Source: Anaeromyxobacteraceae bacterium
GTDB lineage: Bacteria; Myxococcota; Myxococcia; Myxococcales; Anaeromyxobacteraceae
DNA length: 64,000 bases
Direction: 5' to 3'
NCBI GenBank assembly: GCA_047602405.1
Contig: JASGHJ010000002.1
Span: forward strand, 2,592,001-2,656,000
Made by a program: the position numbers and the translations under genes
Shown here: positions 9,689 through 19,021 of the stretch, piece after piece
Layout: every line of letters starts with the position of its first letter
Position numbering within the stretch: position 1 is the first letter of the stretch
Notes under the pieces: model-generated
Seen by the model: only the letters and a program-made list of their open reading frames with translations
The model's database searches: none
Told to the model about the DNA's origin: nothing

Positions 9689-10921
9689 CGCAGCGGGTCG
9701 CGGGGCGGGCGACCGCTGGGGCCAGGGTTCGGCCGGCTCCTTGGCGAGGAGCGGCGGAGGACCGGCGAGGGCGGTTTCGAGGTCCCTCTCCAGCCGCCGC
9801 TCCTTCCGCTCCCGCCGGCCGTCGTCGATGCACCGCCTCATGTGGGCGGTGCCATACCGCAGGTACGCGCGGTACTGGTTGTGCGTCCGGCACTTCGTGA
9901 CGAGGTCGTCCACCGTGGAAGACCCGGTCTCCTTGGCCGGGTTCAGATGATCCATCTCGAGCCGCTCCGTCTCCGGACACCGCTCGCCGTCCGGCGCGAG
10001 CTCGGTGCAGCGATGGCCGTCGCGCTCCAGTACGGCGCGCCGCACCGGGAGCGGGATCCGCTGCCGGAGCCCCGGGGTCGGGGCCTTCGCGGGTGCCGGC
10101 TTCCGCGCGCGACCCGGCTTGACGAAGCCGAGCCGCTTGCCGTGCTTCTCGAGCGAGTCGGCGAGCATCTGGTCGAAGACCTTCGTGAGGTCACCGGACG
10201 GGAACTTGTGAGAGAGGTAGCCCTTGAGCGTGTCGAGCCTTCCTTTCTGCTCGGCGTCGAGCTCGACCCGCCAGTGCCAGCGTCCCGCCGCGACCGGTTC
10301 GAGGGGGCTCCTCCGAGGAGCACGGAACGGAGCCGCGACGGGAAGCGCGAGCGAAGCCGGAGCCGTGCCCTCAGGACTGCGTGGCATCACCGGTGGCGCA
10401 ACTTCTGGGGCGTGCGCAGCCATCGCGGATGAGCCCGCAGACGTCTGCGCGACCTCCGGCGCCCCCACGACCTCGGTCAGCGACACCCCCGTGGGAGGCG
10501 CCTTCCGCAGCCCCGGCGCTGCCACGTCCCTCGGCCGGATCGAGACGACGAGCTCCTCCGTCTTCCGCTTCGTGAGGTGGGTCGCCTTTCGGATGAGCTC
10601 GCTCACGTTGTCGTCGGCGATGACCGCGGCCAGGATCCCGAGCTGGGTTGCGTTCACGAGCCTCGCCTCCAGCGCGTCCGCGACCTGCGGATATCGCCGG
10701 AGCAGCCTCATGGCCGTGATGCGCCGGAACGCCGTCCCCTCGGCGAAGTGAAGCCTGCGGACGAGGTACTCGAAGAGCGAGGGGCAGTTGAACACCGCGT
10801 ACCCCATCGCCCGGTCGAACCCGTCGAGCCGCCGCAGGAAGACGACGAGGCCATTCCCTTCCTTGCTGGCCAGGGCCTGGAGCTCCGCGTCGATGGACTG
10901 GATGGTCTCGAGCTGCATCAT
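9497..10921 (-). CDS. HNH endonuclease with DUF222-like helical N-terminal region
   Basis: RIPLPVRRAVLERDGHRC...RC...LEMDH...G.ST..DL...CRTHN; N-terminal SLFEYLVRRLH..EGTAFRRI. Confidence 0.8.
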   Translation of the reverse strand: MMQLETIQSIDAELQALASKEGNGLVVFLRRLDGFDRAMGYAVFNCPSLFEYLVRRLHFAEGTAFRRITAMRLLRRYPQVADALEARLVNATQLGILAAVIADDNVSELIRKATHLTKRKTEELVVSIRPRDVAAPGLRKAPPTGVSLTEVVGAPEVAQTSAGSSAMAAHAPEVAPPVMPRSPEGTAPASLALPVAAPFRAPRRSPLEPVAAGRWHWRVELDAEQKGRLDTLKGYLSHKFPSGDLTKVFDQMLADSLEKHGKRLGFVKPGRARKPAPAKAPTPGLRQRIPLPVRRAVLERDGHRCTELAPDGERCPETERLEMDHLNPAKETGSSTVDDLVTKCRTHNQYRAYLRYGTAHMRRCIDDGRRERKERRLERDLETALAGPPPLLAKEPAEPWPQRSPAPRPAALPHHRWRPRPCAPGEARLDVLGVVVHRHRRLRERGAVLEHVHVERAEQPAVHLTHGGHEHAAA

Positions 10922-10936
10922 GGCTCACCTCGCCGT

Positions 10937-10952
10937 CTGAACGCATGCGCAG
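10937..10952. promoter_or_regulatory. Putative LexA (SOS) box upstream of the HNH gene
   Basis: Minus strand CTGCGCATGCGTTCAG resembles the Myxococcus LexA consensus CTRHAMRYBYGTTCAGS; overlaps the -10 box. Confidence 0.6.
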
Positions 10953-10972
10953 TCTACACACGCGGGGTGACA
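10951..10972 (-). promoter_or_regulatory. Promoter TGTCAC-N10-TAGACT for the HNH gene
   Basis: Good -10 (TAGACT) with a TGTC-type element 10 nt upstream. Confidence 0.45.
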
Positions 10973-11011
10973 TTCGTGGACGCGGACCACCGCGGGTCCG
11001 ATGATGAGCGC

Positions 11012-11551
11012 ATGAGCGACTCCGCCGTGACGTTCGTCCCCGTGAACCTGGGCGCCGCCGAAGCCCCGGAGCGCGCTCGGGCGGTGCTCGCGTGGCTCGT
11101 GGAGTCGGGCGTGGTCGCCGCGGAGCCTTCGGCCTGCGCGCTCGGGGGCGAAGGGCACCCGCCCGGTCCCTGCGCGAGCGACGCGACGGGCGGTGAGCCG
11201 CCGGACGCGCTCGAGGTGAACGGAGTCGAGCTCGTCCTGGGCCGCACGGTGTTCGACGCCGGCGAGAACGGGCTCGAGCTCGCGTGCGGTGCCTGCGACG
11301 CCCGCTTCGAGCCGGACGAGGCGTGGTACGCCGCGGTGGGCCCCTGGGCTGAGGGTGACGACGGCGCGCGCTTCGCCTGCCCGTCCTGTGGCAAGGCCGC
11401 TCCGCTCGTCGACTGGACGGGCCCGTCGCCGTGGGCGTTCGGCCACCTCGGCGTCCGCTTCTGGAACTGGCCGCCGCTCTCGAAGGCGTTCGCGGAGGAG
11501 CTCTCCAGGCGGCTCGGCGGCCGGGTGGCCGTCGTGCGGACGCACGCGTAG
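11012..11551 (+). CDS. Hypothetical protein with two CxxC motifs
   Basis: ACGACDA, ACPSCG, LGVRFWNWPPL; coding-like GC3. Confidence 0.7.
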   Translation: MSDSAVTFVPVNLGAAEAPERARAVLAWLVESGVVAAEPSACALGGEGHPPGPCASDATGGEPPDALEVNGVELVLGRTVFDAGENGLELACGACDARFEPDEAWYAAVGPWAEGDDGARFACPSCGKAAPLVDWTGPSPWAFGHLGVRFWNWPPLSKAFAEELSRRLGGRVAVVRTHA

Positions 11552-11634
11552 AGCAGCGGGCCCATCATGAGCAGCGCGGGGCAGCCCCCTCGAGGACCGC
11601 CCCGCGTCGCCTCTTCCCTGCTCCCCTACGGCCT

Positions 11635-12081
11635 TTACCTGCTCCCCACCAGCGGCTTCGCGTCGGTCCTGGGCACGTGGCACGAGATGCACACCCACCG
11701 CGCCCCGGCGACGGTCTCGGCCTTCCGCCCGTCGTGGCGGAAGTCCACGTGGTGCGAGGCCGGGATCGGCGTCGGCTCGCCCTTCTTCTTCGGGCCGGGC
11801 GTGTCGTGGCAGGCGACGCAGGCGTTCGACTCGCGCGTGATGGGCAGCAGCTCGTCGATCCCGTGCGGGATGACCGGCGGGATCTCGGTCGAGAGCCGCT
11901 TCGGGAGCGGCTTCTCGCCGGGAGTGGAGTCCTCGGCCTTGTAGGCCGGCGGGGCCGGGATCTCGAAGACGCTCGTCTTCGAGAGGCCGAGCTTCGTGTC
12001 GGGGGTCCCCGGCCTCCCGGGGACCGGCGCGGCGAGGGCGAGGAGCGCGAGGGCGGCGAGCGGGGCGCGGAGCGTGGTCAT
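11635..12081 (-). CDS. napB: Periplasmic nitrate reductase diheme cytochrome c subunit
   Basis: Signal peptide, PPVIPH, CVACH, SH, CISCH; immediately downstream of napA. Confidence 0.92.
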   Translation of the reverse strand: MTTLRAPLAALALLALAAPVPGRPGTPDTKLGLSKTSVFEIPAPPAYKAEDSTPGEKPLPKRLSTEIPPVIPHGIDELLPITRESNACVACHDTPGPKKKGEPTPIPASHHVDFRHDGRKAETVAGARWVCISCHVPRTDAKPLVGSR

Positions 12082-12091
12082 GGTGGCCTCC

Positions 12092-14837
12092 TCAGACCTG
12101 CGTCGCGCGGGAGACCTTGACCGCGCACTTCTTGTAGTCGGTCTCCTTGGAGATGGGGCAGGTGGCGTCGAGCGTCACCTTGTTGATGAACACACCCTCG
12201 TCGAACCACGGCACGTACACGAGCCCGCGCGGCACGTGGTTGCGGCCGCCGACCGTCACGCGCGCCTGGATGCGCCCGCGCCGGGACTCGATCCACGCGA
12301 GCTCGCCGATCTTCAGGCCGCGGGCCTCCGCGTCCTTCGGGTGCATGAAGAGCAGCGCCTCCGGCACCGCCGCGTGCAGCTGCGGCACCCGGCGGGTCAT
12401 CGTGCCCGAGTGCCAGTGCTCGAGCACGCGGCCGGTGCAGAGCCAGAGATCGAACCTCGCGTCCGGAAGCTCCGGGGCCTCCTGCCAGGGGCGGAAGAAG
12501 ATTCTTGGCCCGGCCCGGGATGGCGACCGGGTCACCCGGCTTCGGGCCCGAGAGATCACCCTGCGGCAGCTTCTTCGCGAAGGGGCCGTAGAAGTCGTAG
12601 CCGGCGCCCTTCTTCGCGTACGGGTCGTGCTCGTCGTTGAAGCGCCAGCGCGTCTCCTTCCCGTCGACGACCGGCCAGCGCAGGCCGCGCACGTCGTCGC
12701 GGTGGTAGACGTCGAAGGGCGCGAGGTCGTGGCCGTGGCCGCGGCCGAACCTCGCGTACTCCTCGAAGAGCGCCTTCTCCGGGAACCAGGCGAGCTTGCC
12801 CGCCTGGACGGTCGCGTTCTTCTTCCCCTTCGCGACCGGGTCCGGCCAGCGCACCTTCGTGAGCTCCGGGGTCCCGAAGAGCACGTCGTAGAGCGTCGCG
12901 TCCGGCCCGTGTCCCGCGGCCTTCGCCGCCTCGAGGACCGACGGCAGCTTCCCCTTCTCGAAGCCGTCCGCCTCGAGCCCGGGCACCGCCTGCTCGCCCC
13001 AGACCTCGGAGAGCTTGAAGCGCTTCGAGAACTCGAGCATCTGCCACACGTCGGTGCGCGCCTCTCCCGGCGGATCGACGAGCTGCCGCCAGAGCTGCGT
13101 GCGCCGCTCCGAGTTCCCGTAGCCGCCCCACTTCTCGTAGATCATCGCCGACGGCAGGATCAGGTCGGCGACCTTGGCCGAGAGCGTCGGGTAGACGTCC
13201 GAGACCACGATGAAGTTGTCCATCTTCCGCGCCGCCTCGATCCAGTGGTTGGCGTTCGCGGTGGACTGGAACGGGTTCGTCACCTGGACCCAGAGCCAGC
13301 GGATCTTCCCGTCCTCGAGGTCGCGCATCATCTGGACGATGTGGCTGCCGACCTTGGGGTTGACGGTCCTCGCCGGCAGGCCCCACAGCTCCTCGGCGTG
13401 CTCGCGGTGCTTCGGGTCGTCGACCGTCATGTCGGCGGGGAGCCGGTGCGCGAAGGTGCCGACCTCGCGGGCGGTGCCGCACGCGGAGGGCTGGCCGGTG
13501 AGCGAGAACGCCCCGGCGCCGGGCCGCGCCTGCTTCCCGGTGAGCAGGTGCAGCATGTACGCCTGCTCGTTCACCCAGGTGCCGCGGGTGTGCTGGTTGA
13601 AGCCCATGGTCCAGAACGAGACCTGCTTGCGGGCCTTGTCGCAGTAGTCGTCGGCGAGCGCCTGGAGCTTCGCCTTGAACGCCTCGAGCGGCTCGTCGGG
13701 GTCGCCCTTCGCGAGCGGCGCGACGAAGTCGAGGGTGTAGGGCTCGAGCCCCTTCGCGAACTCCTCGAAGGAGACGAGCCAGTGCTTCTGCGGCGCGGCG
13801 GCGCCGTCCTGGGCGCGCTCGCGCGGCGCGTCCGGCGCGAGCCCGCGGGCGGCGGCCTCCTCCTTCGTGAGCACCACCGTGCGCTCGCGCAGGCGGGTGT
13901 CCTTCTCGGCGTCGAAGGCGGCCTTGTCGTCGCGGCGCATGCCGAAGCCGATCTCGGTCGGGCCCGCGGCGAAGGCGCAGTGTGCGTCGACGAAGGCCCG
14001 GTCCACCGCGCCGCGCTTCACGACCTCGCGGGCGAGGTAGTTCCAGATGGCGAGGTCCGCGTTCGGGCGGAAGACGATCTCGACGTCGCAGGCCTCGGAG
14101 GTCGCGTTCGCGTAGGTCGTGAGGTTGAAGATCTTGTAGGTGGGGCGGCGGAGCCGCTCGTCGACGATGCGCGCCCAGAGCATGGGGTGCATCTCGGCCA
14201 TGTTCGAGCCCCAGCACACGATCGAGTCGGTGAGCTCGATGTCGTCGTAGCAGCCGGAGGGCTCGTCGACGCCGAAGGTCTGCATGAAGGCCGCCACCGC
14301 GGAGGCCATGCAGTGCCGGGCGTTCGGGTCGAGGTTGTTGGAGCGCCAGCCCGCCTTCACGAGCTTCACCGCGGCGTAGCCCTCCATGATGGTGTACTGG
14401 CCGGACCCCATCACCGCGACGCCCGTCGGGCCGAGCGCCGAGTGGGCGCGGGTCCACTCGGCCTTCATCACGTCGAGGGCCTCCTGCCAGGACACCGGCT
14501 CGAAGTCGCCGTGCTTGTCGAACTTGCCGTTCCGCTTGCGCAGGAGCGGCTTCGTGAGCCGGTCCTCCGCGTACATGATCTGCGCGCAGGCGTAGCCCTT
14601 CGCGCAGAGGAGGCCGCGGTTCACCGGGCTGTCGGGATCGCCCTTCACCGCGACCACCCGGCCGTCCTTCGTCGCGATCTGGACGCCACAGCCGGTGCCG
14701 CAGAACCGGCAGACCCCCTTGTCCCAGGTCCAGCCCTTCGCCTCCGCCGGCAGGACCGGCAGCGGGATCCCCGCCGCGCCGACCACCGCCGTCGTGAACC
14801 CCGCCTCGAGGAACTCGCGCCGCGTGAGCTTCGCCAT
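12092..14837 (-). CDS. napA: Periplasmic nitrate reductase catalytic subunit (one +1 frameshift at 12500-12504)
   Basis: Tat motif [41 protein letters not shown]-terminus ([14 protein letters not shown]...DYKKCAVK) in ORF 12092..12559; joined about 914 aa. Confidence 0.95.
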
Positions 14838-14874
14838 GGTTGGTCTCCCGTTTCGCTGCGGTGCTGCCGGTGCG

Positions 14875-15276
14875 TCACCGGTCGTGCCGGACGTCCGCCA
14901 CGGTGGTGTCGTCGAGGAACGCCTCGTAAGCTTGCTTCACTCCGGTCCAGGCCGGGTGGGCCGCGCACGCGCCGCGCCCGCGACACACGGCCCCGGGCCG
15001 GAGGAGGCAGCCCGGCCGGGCGCGCGCCCCCTCGAGCGGGCGGACCACCTCGCCGAGGGCGATGCGCTCGGGGGGCCGGGCGAGCCGGTAGCCGCCGCCG
15101 GCGCCGCGGGTCGCCTTCACGATCCCTGCGCGGGCGAGCCGGCCGAGCACCTTCGCGAGGTAGTCGGGCGGCATCTTGAGCGCGCGCGCGAGCTCCCGGC
15201 CCTGCACCGCCTCGCCGCGGGCGGCGAGCACCGAGAGGGCCCGCAGCGCGTGCACGGTGGTGGTGGAGAGGAACAC
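14875..15276 (-). CDS. Rrf2 family transcriptional regulator
   Basis: [29 protein letters not shown], three C-terminal Cys plus His. Confidence 0.9.
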   Translation of the reverse strand: MFLSTTTVHALRALSVLAARGEAVQGRELARALKMPPDYLAKVLGRLARAGIVKATRGAGGGYRLARPPERIALGEVVRPLEGARARPGCLLRPGAVCRGRGACAAHPAWTGVKQAYEAFLDDTTVADVRHDR

Positions 15277-15292
15277 GCCCGGGAGGCTAGGC

Positions 15293-15318
15293 CATTGTGG
15301 ACATCCGTGTCCACAATG
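15293..15318. promoter_or_regulatory. Perfect inverted repeat, likely Rrf2 operator
   Basis: CATTGTGGACA-tccg-TGTCCACAATG, 16 nt upstream of the rrf2 start. Confidence 0.7.
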
Positions 15319-15385
15319 AATCGCACCCCATCATGCTGCCCCCTCCGGGCGAGGAGGCTCTCCCACGGCCCTGGCGCTTCGCGCT

Positions 15386-16795
15386 CTAGCGCGACGCGGC
15401 GCGGAGCTCCTCCCAGAGCCGCTCGACGTCCGGACGCTCGGTCCGGGCGGAGCCCACCGAAAGCCGCAGCGTCTGGCGGCCCTTGAGGACGCTCGGCGTC
15501 ACGTACGCGCGCCCGCCCGCGTTCACCTTCGCCGCGATGGCGAGGTTGTGCTCGGCGAGGTGCGCCTCCTCCGCGACGCCCGCCGGCACGTGCCGGACCA
15601 CCACCGTCTGGAACGGCACCGGCGCGAGCCGCTCCCAGCCCGGCGCGGCGTCCACCTCGGCGGCGAGCCACCGCGCGTGCTCGAGGTCGCGGCGCAGCCT
15701 CGCCTGCATGCCCTCCACGCCCTCGTCCACCAGGTGGAACCAGGCCTTCAGCGCCCGGAACCGCCGCCCGAGCGGGATGCCCCAGTCCCGGAAGTTGTTC
15801 ACGGCGCCGTCCTGCGCGGTGCGCAGGTAGGAGGGGTTCGTGCTCATCACGCGCACGAGGTGCTGCGGGTCGCGCACGTAGTAGGCGCTGAAGTCGAAGC
15901 CGATGCCCATCCACTTGTGCGGGTTGAAGACGAGCGAGTCCGCCCGCTCCACGCCCGCCCAGAGCGGCCGGCACTCCGGGAGCACCATCGCCGTGCCCGC
16001 GAGCGCCGCGTCCACGTGCAACCACGCCCCGTGGCGCGCCGCGACGTCCGCCACGGCCGCGATCGGGTCCACGGCGGTCGTGCCGGTGGTGCCGACGGTC
16101 GCGACGACCGCGGCCGGGCGCCAGCCGCGCGCGACGTCCTCGGCGATCGCGCGCTCGAGCGCGTCGACCCGGAGCGCGTGGGCCTCGTCGGTCGGCAGCA
16201 GGCGCAGGTGCGCCTTCCCGAAGCCCGCGAGGAGCGCCCCCTTCTCGACCGACGCGTGCGCCTGGTCGGAGGCGTAGACCGCGAGCGGCGGGCCGCCGGC
16301 GAGTCCGCCCGCGTTCTGCGCGAAGCCGCTCGCCCGCTCGCGCGCGCACAGGAGGGCGGTGAGGGTCGCCCCCGACGCGGTGTCCTGCACCACGCCCGTG
16401 AACGCCTCGGGCAGGCCGACCAGCTGCCGGAGCCAGGCCATCACCACCTCCTCCAGCTCGGTCGCGGCCGGGGAGGTCTGCCAGCTCATGCCCTGCGCGC
16501 CGAGCCCGGCCGCCACGAGGTCGCCGAGGATCGACGCGTAGCTCGTGTTGGACGGGAAGTAGGCGAAGAACCCCGGGTGGTTCCAGTGGGTGATGCCGGG
16601 CAGGACCGCCCGGTCGAGGAGCGGCAGCGCGGCCTCGAGGCCGCCGCCCTTCGCCGGCGGCGCGGCGGGGAAGGCCGCCCGCACCTCGCCGGGCTTCACC
16701 CGGCTCATCACGGGCAGGCGCGCCATGCCCTCGCGGTAGTCGGCCACCCAGTCGACGAGGGCGTGGCCGAGGCGGCGGAACGCTTCGTGGTCCAT
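15386..16795 (-). CDS. PLP-dependent aromatic L-amino acid decarboxylase (group II)
   Basis: THWNHPGFFAYF, SPAATELE, GTTGTTAVD, LHVDAA, FNPHKW, PLGRRFRALK. Confidence 0.92.
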   Translation of the reverse strand: MDHEAFRRLGHALVDWVADYREGMARLPVMSRVKPGEVRAAFPAAPPAKGGGLEAALPLLDRAVLPGITHWNHPGFFAYFPSNTSYASILGDLVAAGLGAQGMSWQTSPAATELEEVVMAWLRQLVGLPEAFTGVVQDTASGATLTALLCARERASGFAQNAGGLAGGPPLAVYASDQAHASVEKGALLAGFGKAHLRLLPTDEAHALRVDALERAIAEDVARGWRPAAVVATVGTTGTTAVDPIAAVADVAARHGAWLHVDAALAGTAMVLPECRPLWAGVERADSLVFNPHKWMGIGFDFSAYYVRDPQHLVRVMSTNPSYLRTAQDGAVNNFRDWGIPLGRRFRALKAWFHLVDEGVEGMQARLRRDLEHARWLAAEVDAAPGWERLAPVPFQTVVVRHVPAGVAEEAHLAEHNLAIAAKVNAGGRAYVTPSVLKGRQTLRLSVGSARTERPDVERLWEELRAASR

Positions 16796-16821
16796 GGCGC
16801 CGCAGTCTACAATCCGCCCCC

Positions 16822-17817
16822 GTGCACGTCCTCGTCATCGGCGGAAACCGCTTCGTGGGCTGGCTGCTCGGGTTCAGGCTCCTCGCCGGCGGGCACCGGC
16901 TGACCCTGCTCAACCGCGGGTCGCTCCCGGACCCGTTCGGCGACCGGGCGGAGCGGCTGGTGGGCGACCGGCGGCGCGACCTCGAGCGGCTCGTGGCCGG
17001 CCGCACGTTCGACGCGGTGGTCGACCTCGCCGCCTACACCGGCGAGGACGGCCGGCGTGCGGCCGAGGTGCTCCGGGGCCGGGTCGGCCACTACGTGATG
17101 ATCTCGACGGGGCAGGTCTACCTCGTGCGCGACGGCTGCCCGCGCCCGGCGGCCGAACGCGACTACGAGGGCCCGCTCCTCCCGCGCCCGGCGGAGCCGC
17201 ACGAGCTCGAGGAGTGGACGTACGGCGTGGACAAGCGCGCCTGCGAGGACGCCCTCGCCGAGGCGCACGCGCGCCATGGGTTCCCGGCGACGCGCCTCAG
17301 GCTGCCCATGGTGAACGGCGAGCGCGACTTCCACCGCCGCATGGAGGGCTACCTCTGGCGCCTCCTGGATGGCGGGCCGGTGATCCTCCCCGACGGCGGC
17401 ACGCACCCGGTGCGCCACGTCTACGGCGGCGAGGTGGCCCGCTTCATCGTCGAGCTCCTCCTGCGCGCCGACACGTACGGCCACGCGTACAACCTCGCCC
17501 AGCACGAGACGCCGACGCTCGCCGGGATGATCGGCCGCCTGCGGGACCTCCTCGGGTCGCGGAGCCCGCTCGTGCCGGTCGCCCGCGAGCGGCTCGTCGC
17601 CGCCGGGCTCCGGCCGGCGGCGGTGTCGCCCTTCAGCGGGACCTGGATGTCGTTCCTGGATCCGCGGCGCGTCGAGCACGAGCTCGGGTTCCGCCACGAG
17701 CCGCTCGAGCTCTACCTCGGCAAGATCGTGGCGGCCTTCCTCGCCCACCCGCCACCGGACCTGCCCCCCGCGCTCGCGGGCCGGGCGCTCGAGCTCGAGG
17801 TCGCGAGCCGCGCGTAG
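16822..17817 (+). CDS. NAD-dependent epimerase/dehydratase family protein
   Basis: VLVIGGNRFVG, ISTGQVY, YxxxK (YGVDK). Confidence 0.88.
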   Translation: MHVLVIGGNRFVGWLLGFRLLAGGHRLTLLNRGSLPDPFGDRAERLVGDRRRDLERLVAGRTFDAVVDLAAYTGEDGRRAAEVLRGRVGHYVMISTGQVYLVRDGCPRPAAERDYEGPLLPRPAEPHELEEWTYGVDKRACEDALAEAHARHGFPATRLRLPMVNGERDFHRRMEGYLWRLLDGGPVILPDGGTHPVRHVYGGEVARFIVELLLRADTYGHAYNLAQHETPTLAGMIGRLRDLLGSRSPLVPVARERLVAAGLRPAAVSPFSGTWMSFLDPRRVEHELGFRHEPLELYLGKIVAAFLAHPPPDLPPALAGRALELEVASRA

Positions 17818-18905
17818 AGCGCCTCGTGCTCGGCGACGAGCCGCTCGATCGACAGCGAGGCCTCCACGTACCGGCGCGCCGCGCGCCCCATCGCCCGCGC
17901 GCGGTCGGGGTCGCCCGCGAGCCGCACCAGCGCGCGGGCCATCGCGTCCGGCCTGCGCACGGGGACGACGAGCCCGCGCTCGCCGTGCTCGACGAGCTCC
18001 GGGTTCCCGCCGGCGCGCGTCACCACGAGGGGGAGCCCCGCCGCCATCTTCTCGATGATCGCGTTCGAGAGCCCCTCCCGCGCGGAGGCGAGCGCGCCGA
18101 TCGTCGCCCGGCGGAGCAGGGCCGGCACGTCGACGCGGCCGCCCAGGAAGTGCGCCGCGCCCGAGACCCCGAGCAGCGCCGCCCTGCGCTTGAGCTCCGG
18201 CTCGCGGGAGCCTTCCCCGACGAGCCAGGCCTCGAGATCCGGCCGCTCGCGCCGGGCGAGCGCGAGCGCCTCGAGGAAGTCCTCCTGCCGCTTCACCTCG
18301 TGCCGCATGTTCGCGACGAGGACCACGATGGGCGCGCCGGGCCGGCCCGGCAGCGGCCCCTCGGGTGGCGCCGCCGCGCGGGCGTCGAAGCGCGCGAGGT
18401 CGATCCCGTTGCGGATGACGGCGATGCGCCGGCGGGGGACGCCCTCGGCGACCACCGCGTCCCGGATGGCGTCGCAGTTCGCGACCGCGGCGTCGGCGGC
18501 ATGCGTCAGCGCCGCGAGCAGCACCCGCTGCGCGGGCCCCTGCAGGTGCCCGAGATCGAGCCGGCCGATGACCGAGCGCGCGCCGGCGAGCCGCGCCGCG
18601 GGGATGGCGACCGCCGCCGAGTAGAAGTCGTGGGCGTGGACGACCTCGGCCCGCTGTGCCCGGAACGCCGACGCGAGCGCGCGGACCTGGCGCAGGGCGG
18701 CCCGGCTCGCGAGCGACCCGCCGAGCGGGTGCCCGCTCGGCTCGACCCCGAGGGCCCGGAGCCGCGGGAGCAGCGTGCCCCGGACCTCCAGCGCGTGCAC
18801 CCCGAGCTGGTGCGCGCCCTGCAGCCCGCGAACGAGCTCGAGGAGCTGCACCTCGCCGCCCCCCACGTCGAACGAGTTGATGACCTCCGCGATCCTCAGC
18901 CTCAC
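17712..18905 (-). CDS. Glycosyltransferase family 4
   Basis: GGGEVQ, VVHAHD, IRNGID, EGLSNAIIE; GTG start after a GGAGG RBS. Confidence 0.88.
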   Translation of the reverse strand: MRLRIAEVINSFDVGGGEVQLLELVRGLQGAHQLGVHALEVRGTLLPRLRALGVEPSGHPLGGSLASRAALRQVRALASAFRAQRAEVVHAHDFYSAAVAIPAARLAGARSVIGRLDLGHLQGPAQRVLLAALTHAADAAVANCDAIRDAVVAEGVPRRRIAVIRNGIDLARFDARAAAPPEGPLPGRPGAPIVVLVANMRHEVKRQEDFLEALALARRERPDLEAWLVGEGSREPELKRRAALLGVSGAAHFLGGRVDVPALLRRATIGALASAREGLSNAIIEKMAAGLPLVVTRAGGNPELVEHGERGLVVPVRRPDAMARALVRLAGDPDRARAMGRAARRYVEASLSIERLVAEHEALYARLATSSSSARPASAGGRSGGGWARKAATILPR

Positions 18906-19021
18906 GTCCCTCCCCGCCCCCGAAAGCTCGCCCCGCACGCGCCGGCGCGCAGGGTCCCTTTCGGTGCCTGCCGCCGGGCGCGCGGCGTGGCGACCGTGTC
19001 GGCCGGAGCCCTTCCCGCCCC

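Noticed and set aside
14311..14313. Possible selenocysteine Mo ligand in NapA
   Set aside because: The codon in NARHCMAS is TGC (Cys), not TGA.
17712..17817. 106-bp convergent overlap between the epimerase and the glycosyltransferase
   Set aside because: Easily explained by scarce stop codons in GC-rich DNA; the extension has no recognisable features.
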